This document shows, piece after piece, positions 1-540 of a stretch of DNA of 540 nt. The notes beneath the pieces are model-generated. The model was not told the DNA's origin. It saw only the letters and a program-made list of their open reading frames with translations, and ran no database searches. The stretch lies in the sequence record AH001321.2; one strand, given 5' to 3'. How positions within the stretch are numbered: position 1 is the first letter of the stretch; each line of letters starts with the position of its first letter. A program made the position numbers and the translations under genes. Origin of the DNA: a phage.

Positions 1-13
1 TGTATTGATTCAC

Positions 14-30
14 TTGAAGTACGAAAAAAA
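14..30 (+). repeat. Copy 1 of a TTGAAR-N-ACGAAAAA direct repeat
   Basis: Seen in sequence: ttgaagtacgaaaaaaa at 14-30, matching 158-174 apart from a 1-nt indel and one substitution. TTGAAG followed by CGCGAAAG recurs at 472-485. Confidence 0.4.
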
Positions 31-79
31 CCGGGAGGACATTGGATTATTCGGGATCTGATGGGATTAGATTTGGTGG

Positions 80-91
80 GGCTTGCAAGCC
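80..91. repeat. Perfect 12-bp palindrome GGCTTGCAAGCC
   Basis: Seen in sequence: ggcttgcaagcc at 80-91 is its own reverse complement. The flanking pair 79 G / 92 T breaks the symmetry. Function unknown; it could be a dimeric protein-binding site or a short hairpin. Confidence 0.45.
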
Positions 92-121
92 TGTAGTGCA
101 AATTTTAGTCCTTAATCAATG

Positions 122-132
122 AAACGCGAAAG
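122..132 (+). promoter_or_regulatory. Isolated copy of the AAACGCGAAAG motif, identical to the reverse complement of 514-524
   Basis: Seen in sequence: aaacgcgaaag at 122-132; reverse complement of 514-524 (ctttcgcgttt) is the same 11-mer. It shares the 8-mer CGCGAAAG with 478-485. Confidence 0.35.
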
Positions 133-157
133 ATAGTAAAAAATTGCTTTTGTTTCA

Positions 158-174
158 TTGAAAATACGAAAAAC
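158..174 (+). repeat. Copy 2 of a TTGAAR-N-ACGAAAAA direct repeat
   Basis: Seen in sequence: ttgaaaatacgaaaaac at 158-174; the 8-mer acgaaaaa (166-173) is identical to 21-28 and to the reverse complement of 522-529. Confidence 0.4.
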
Positions 175-220
175 AAAAACACTGCAAATCATTTCAATAA
201 CAGCTTCAAAAAACGTTCAA

Positions 221-320
221 NNNNNNNNNNNNNNNNNNNNNNNNNNNNNNNNNNNNNNNNNNNNNNNNNNNNNNNNNNNNNNNNNNNNNNNNNNNNNNNN
301 NNNNNNNNNNNNNNNNNNNN
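221..320. other. Assembly gap: run of exactly 100 N, true length and content unknown
   Basis: Seen directly: 100 consecutive n characters. A round 100-N block is the usual placeholder for a gap of unknown size in scaffolded assemblies (established convention). Confidence 0.96.
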
Positions 321-471
321 GTGGTACACAAATTTAATCAGTATCGCTACATCAGATTCCTGAACAAACGAGCAAGGAAGCGGCTAAATACCAAACTATT
401 CAAGGTTCAGGCATACCCTAAGTGATCCCCATGTAATGAATAAAAAGCAGTAATTAATACATCTGTTTCAT

Positions 472-530
472 TTGAAGCGCGAAAGCTAAAGTTTTCGCAT
501 TTATCGTGAAACGCTTTCGCGTTTTTCGTG
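472..530. promoter_or_regulatory. Putative cis-regulatory module: dense cluster of CGCGAAA / CACGAAA / TTTCGC motifs in both orientations, including a 17-bp direct repeat
   Basis: Seen in sequence: GCGCGAAAG at 477-485 (+); TTTTCGCA at 492-499 (minus-strand TGCGAAAA); TTTCGCG at 515-521 (minus-strand CGCGAAA); TTTTTCGTG at 522-530 (minus-strand CACGAAAAA). No ORF covers the region on either strand. Function is inferred only from motif density and repetition. Confidence 0.4.
492..530 (+). repeat. Two copies of a 17-bp direct repeat (consensus YTTTCGCRTTTWTCGTG) at 492-508 and 514-530, offset by 22 bp
   Basis: Seen in sequence: ttttcgcatttatcgtg (492-508) versus ctttcgcgtttttcgtg (514-530), 14 of 17 positions identical by hand alignment. 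The second copy ends 10 bp before the window edge, so further copies downstream cannot be excluded. Confidence 0.55.
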
Positions 531-540
531 CGCCGCTTCA

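Noticed and set aside
33-81. G-quadruplex from G-runs at 33-35, 53-55, 63-65 and 78-81
   Set aside because: Loop lengths of 17, 7 and 12 nt are too long for a stable canonical G4, and the runs are only 3 G long.
75-88. Sigma-54 -24/-12 element (GG ... TTGCA around 75-87)
   Set aside because: The GG to GC spacing is 10 rather than the required 12, and the TGGCAC context is absent.
61-96. ATG-initiated mini-ORF (MGLDLVGLASL, stop TAG at 94-96)
   Set aside because: Only 11 codons, the ATG is about 22 nt from the nearest purine-rich stretch, and there are no supporting features. Most likely chance.
42-122. Short ORF in + frame 3 (TTG at 42 to TGA at 120-122, 26 codons) preceded by GGGAGGA at 33-39
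   Set aside because: The Shine-Dalgarno-like GGAGG ends only about 3 nt before the TTG, which is too close. The start is a rare TTG, the ORF is very short with no recognisable motif, and it overlaps the palindrome. I cannot support it as a gene.
119-136. ATG AAA CGC GAA AGA TAG mini-ORF (MKRER)
   Set aside because: Only 5 codons, and the ATG is part of the repeated GAAACGCGAAAG motif, so the motif explains it better than a leader peptide would.
152-166. CodY-like or cre-like operator (gtttcattgaaaata)
   Set aside because: The inverted arms TTTC/GAAA are separated by 3 nt rather than the 1 nt of the CodY consensus, and several positions mismatch the CcpA cre consensus. It is no better than chance in AT-rich DNA.
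439-444. AATAAA hexamer as a polyadenylation signal
   Set aside because: A single AATAAA in 37% G+C sequence is expected by chance, and neither organism nor transcript orientation is known.
399-505. Sigma-70 type promoter (candidate -35 hexamers TTCAAG at 399-404 and TTGAAG at 472-477)
   Set aside because: No acceptable -10 hexamer lies 16-19 bp downstream of either (GTGATC and TCGCAT at the expected positions). The same holds for the TTGNNN hexamers in the first flank.
501-509. DnaA box (ttatcgtga versus TTATNCACA), which would suggest an origin of replication
   Set aside because: Only the TTAT prefix and the final A match; I found no other DnaA-box-like 9-mers in the window.
508-530. Rho-independent terminator (hairpin 508-525 followed by T-rich sequence)
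   Set aside because: The stem is AT-rich with only 3 G-C pairs, and the T-run is part of the stem rather than a 3' tail; the sequence after the hairpin is tcgtgcgcc. The reverse-strand reading also lacks a downstream T-tract.
506-540. GTG at 506 opening + frame 2 to the window edge (VKRFRVFRAPL...), possibly the 5' end of a gene
   Set aside because: There is no ribosome-binding site upstream, the open stretch is only 11 codons before the window ends, and it lies exactly on the 17-bp direct repeats, which explain the sequence better. It cannot be excluded without downstream sequence.
1-540. CRISPR array, tRNA, rRNA or insertion-sequence ends
   Set aside because: No direct repeats of 24 bp or longer with regular spacers, no cloverleaf-compatible segment with a conserved T-loop (GTTCRA), no similarity to the rRNA sequences I can recall, and no terminal inverted repeats.

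Overview
This window is two AT-rich, apparently non-coding flanks of about 220 bp each (roughly 37% G+C by hand count), separated by a run of exactly 100 N at 221-320 that I read as an assembly gap. I could not identify the organism or locus from the sequence alone. Stop codons interrupt every frame on both strands; the longest open stretch is about 35 codons with no convincing start or ribosome-binding site, so I call no CDS, tRNA, rRNA, CRISPR array or mobile element. What the sequence does show is a family of short repeated motifs: the 8-mer CGCGAAAG three times (125-132 +, 478-485 +, 514-521 on the minus strand), ACGAAAAA three times (21-28 +, 166-173 +, 522-529 minus), a 17-bp direct repeat at 492-508 and 514-530 (14 of 17 identical, 22-bp register), and a perfect 12-bp palindrome GGCTTGCAAGCC at 80-91. 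The most defensible reading is a regulatory intergenic region with clustered protein-binding sites, densest at 472-530. The motifs match the fungal G1/S boxes (SCB CRCGAAA, MCB ACGCGN) and the E2F site TTTCGCGC, but bacterial direct-repeat operators or plasmid iterons are not excluded. All functional calls are inference; nothing here amounts to a recognisable novel system.
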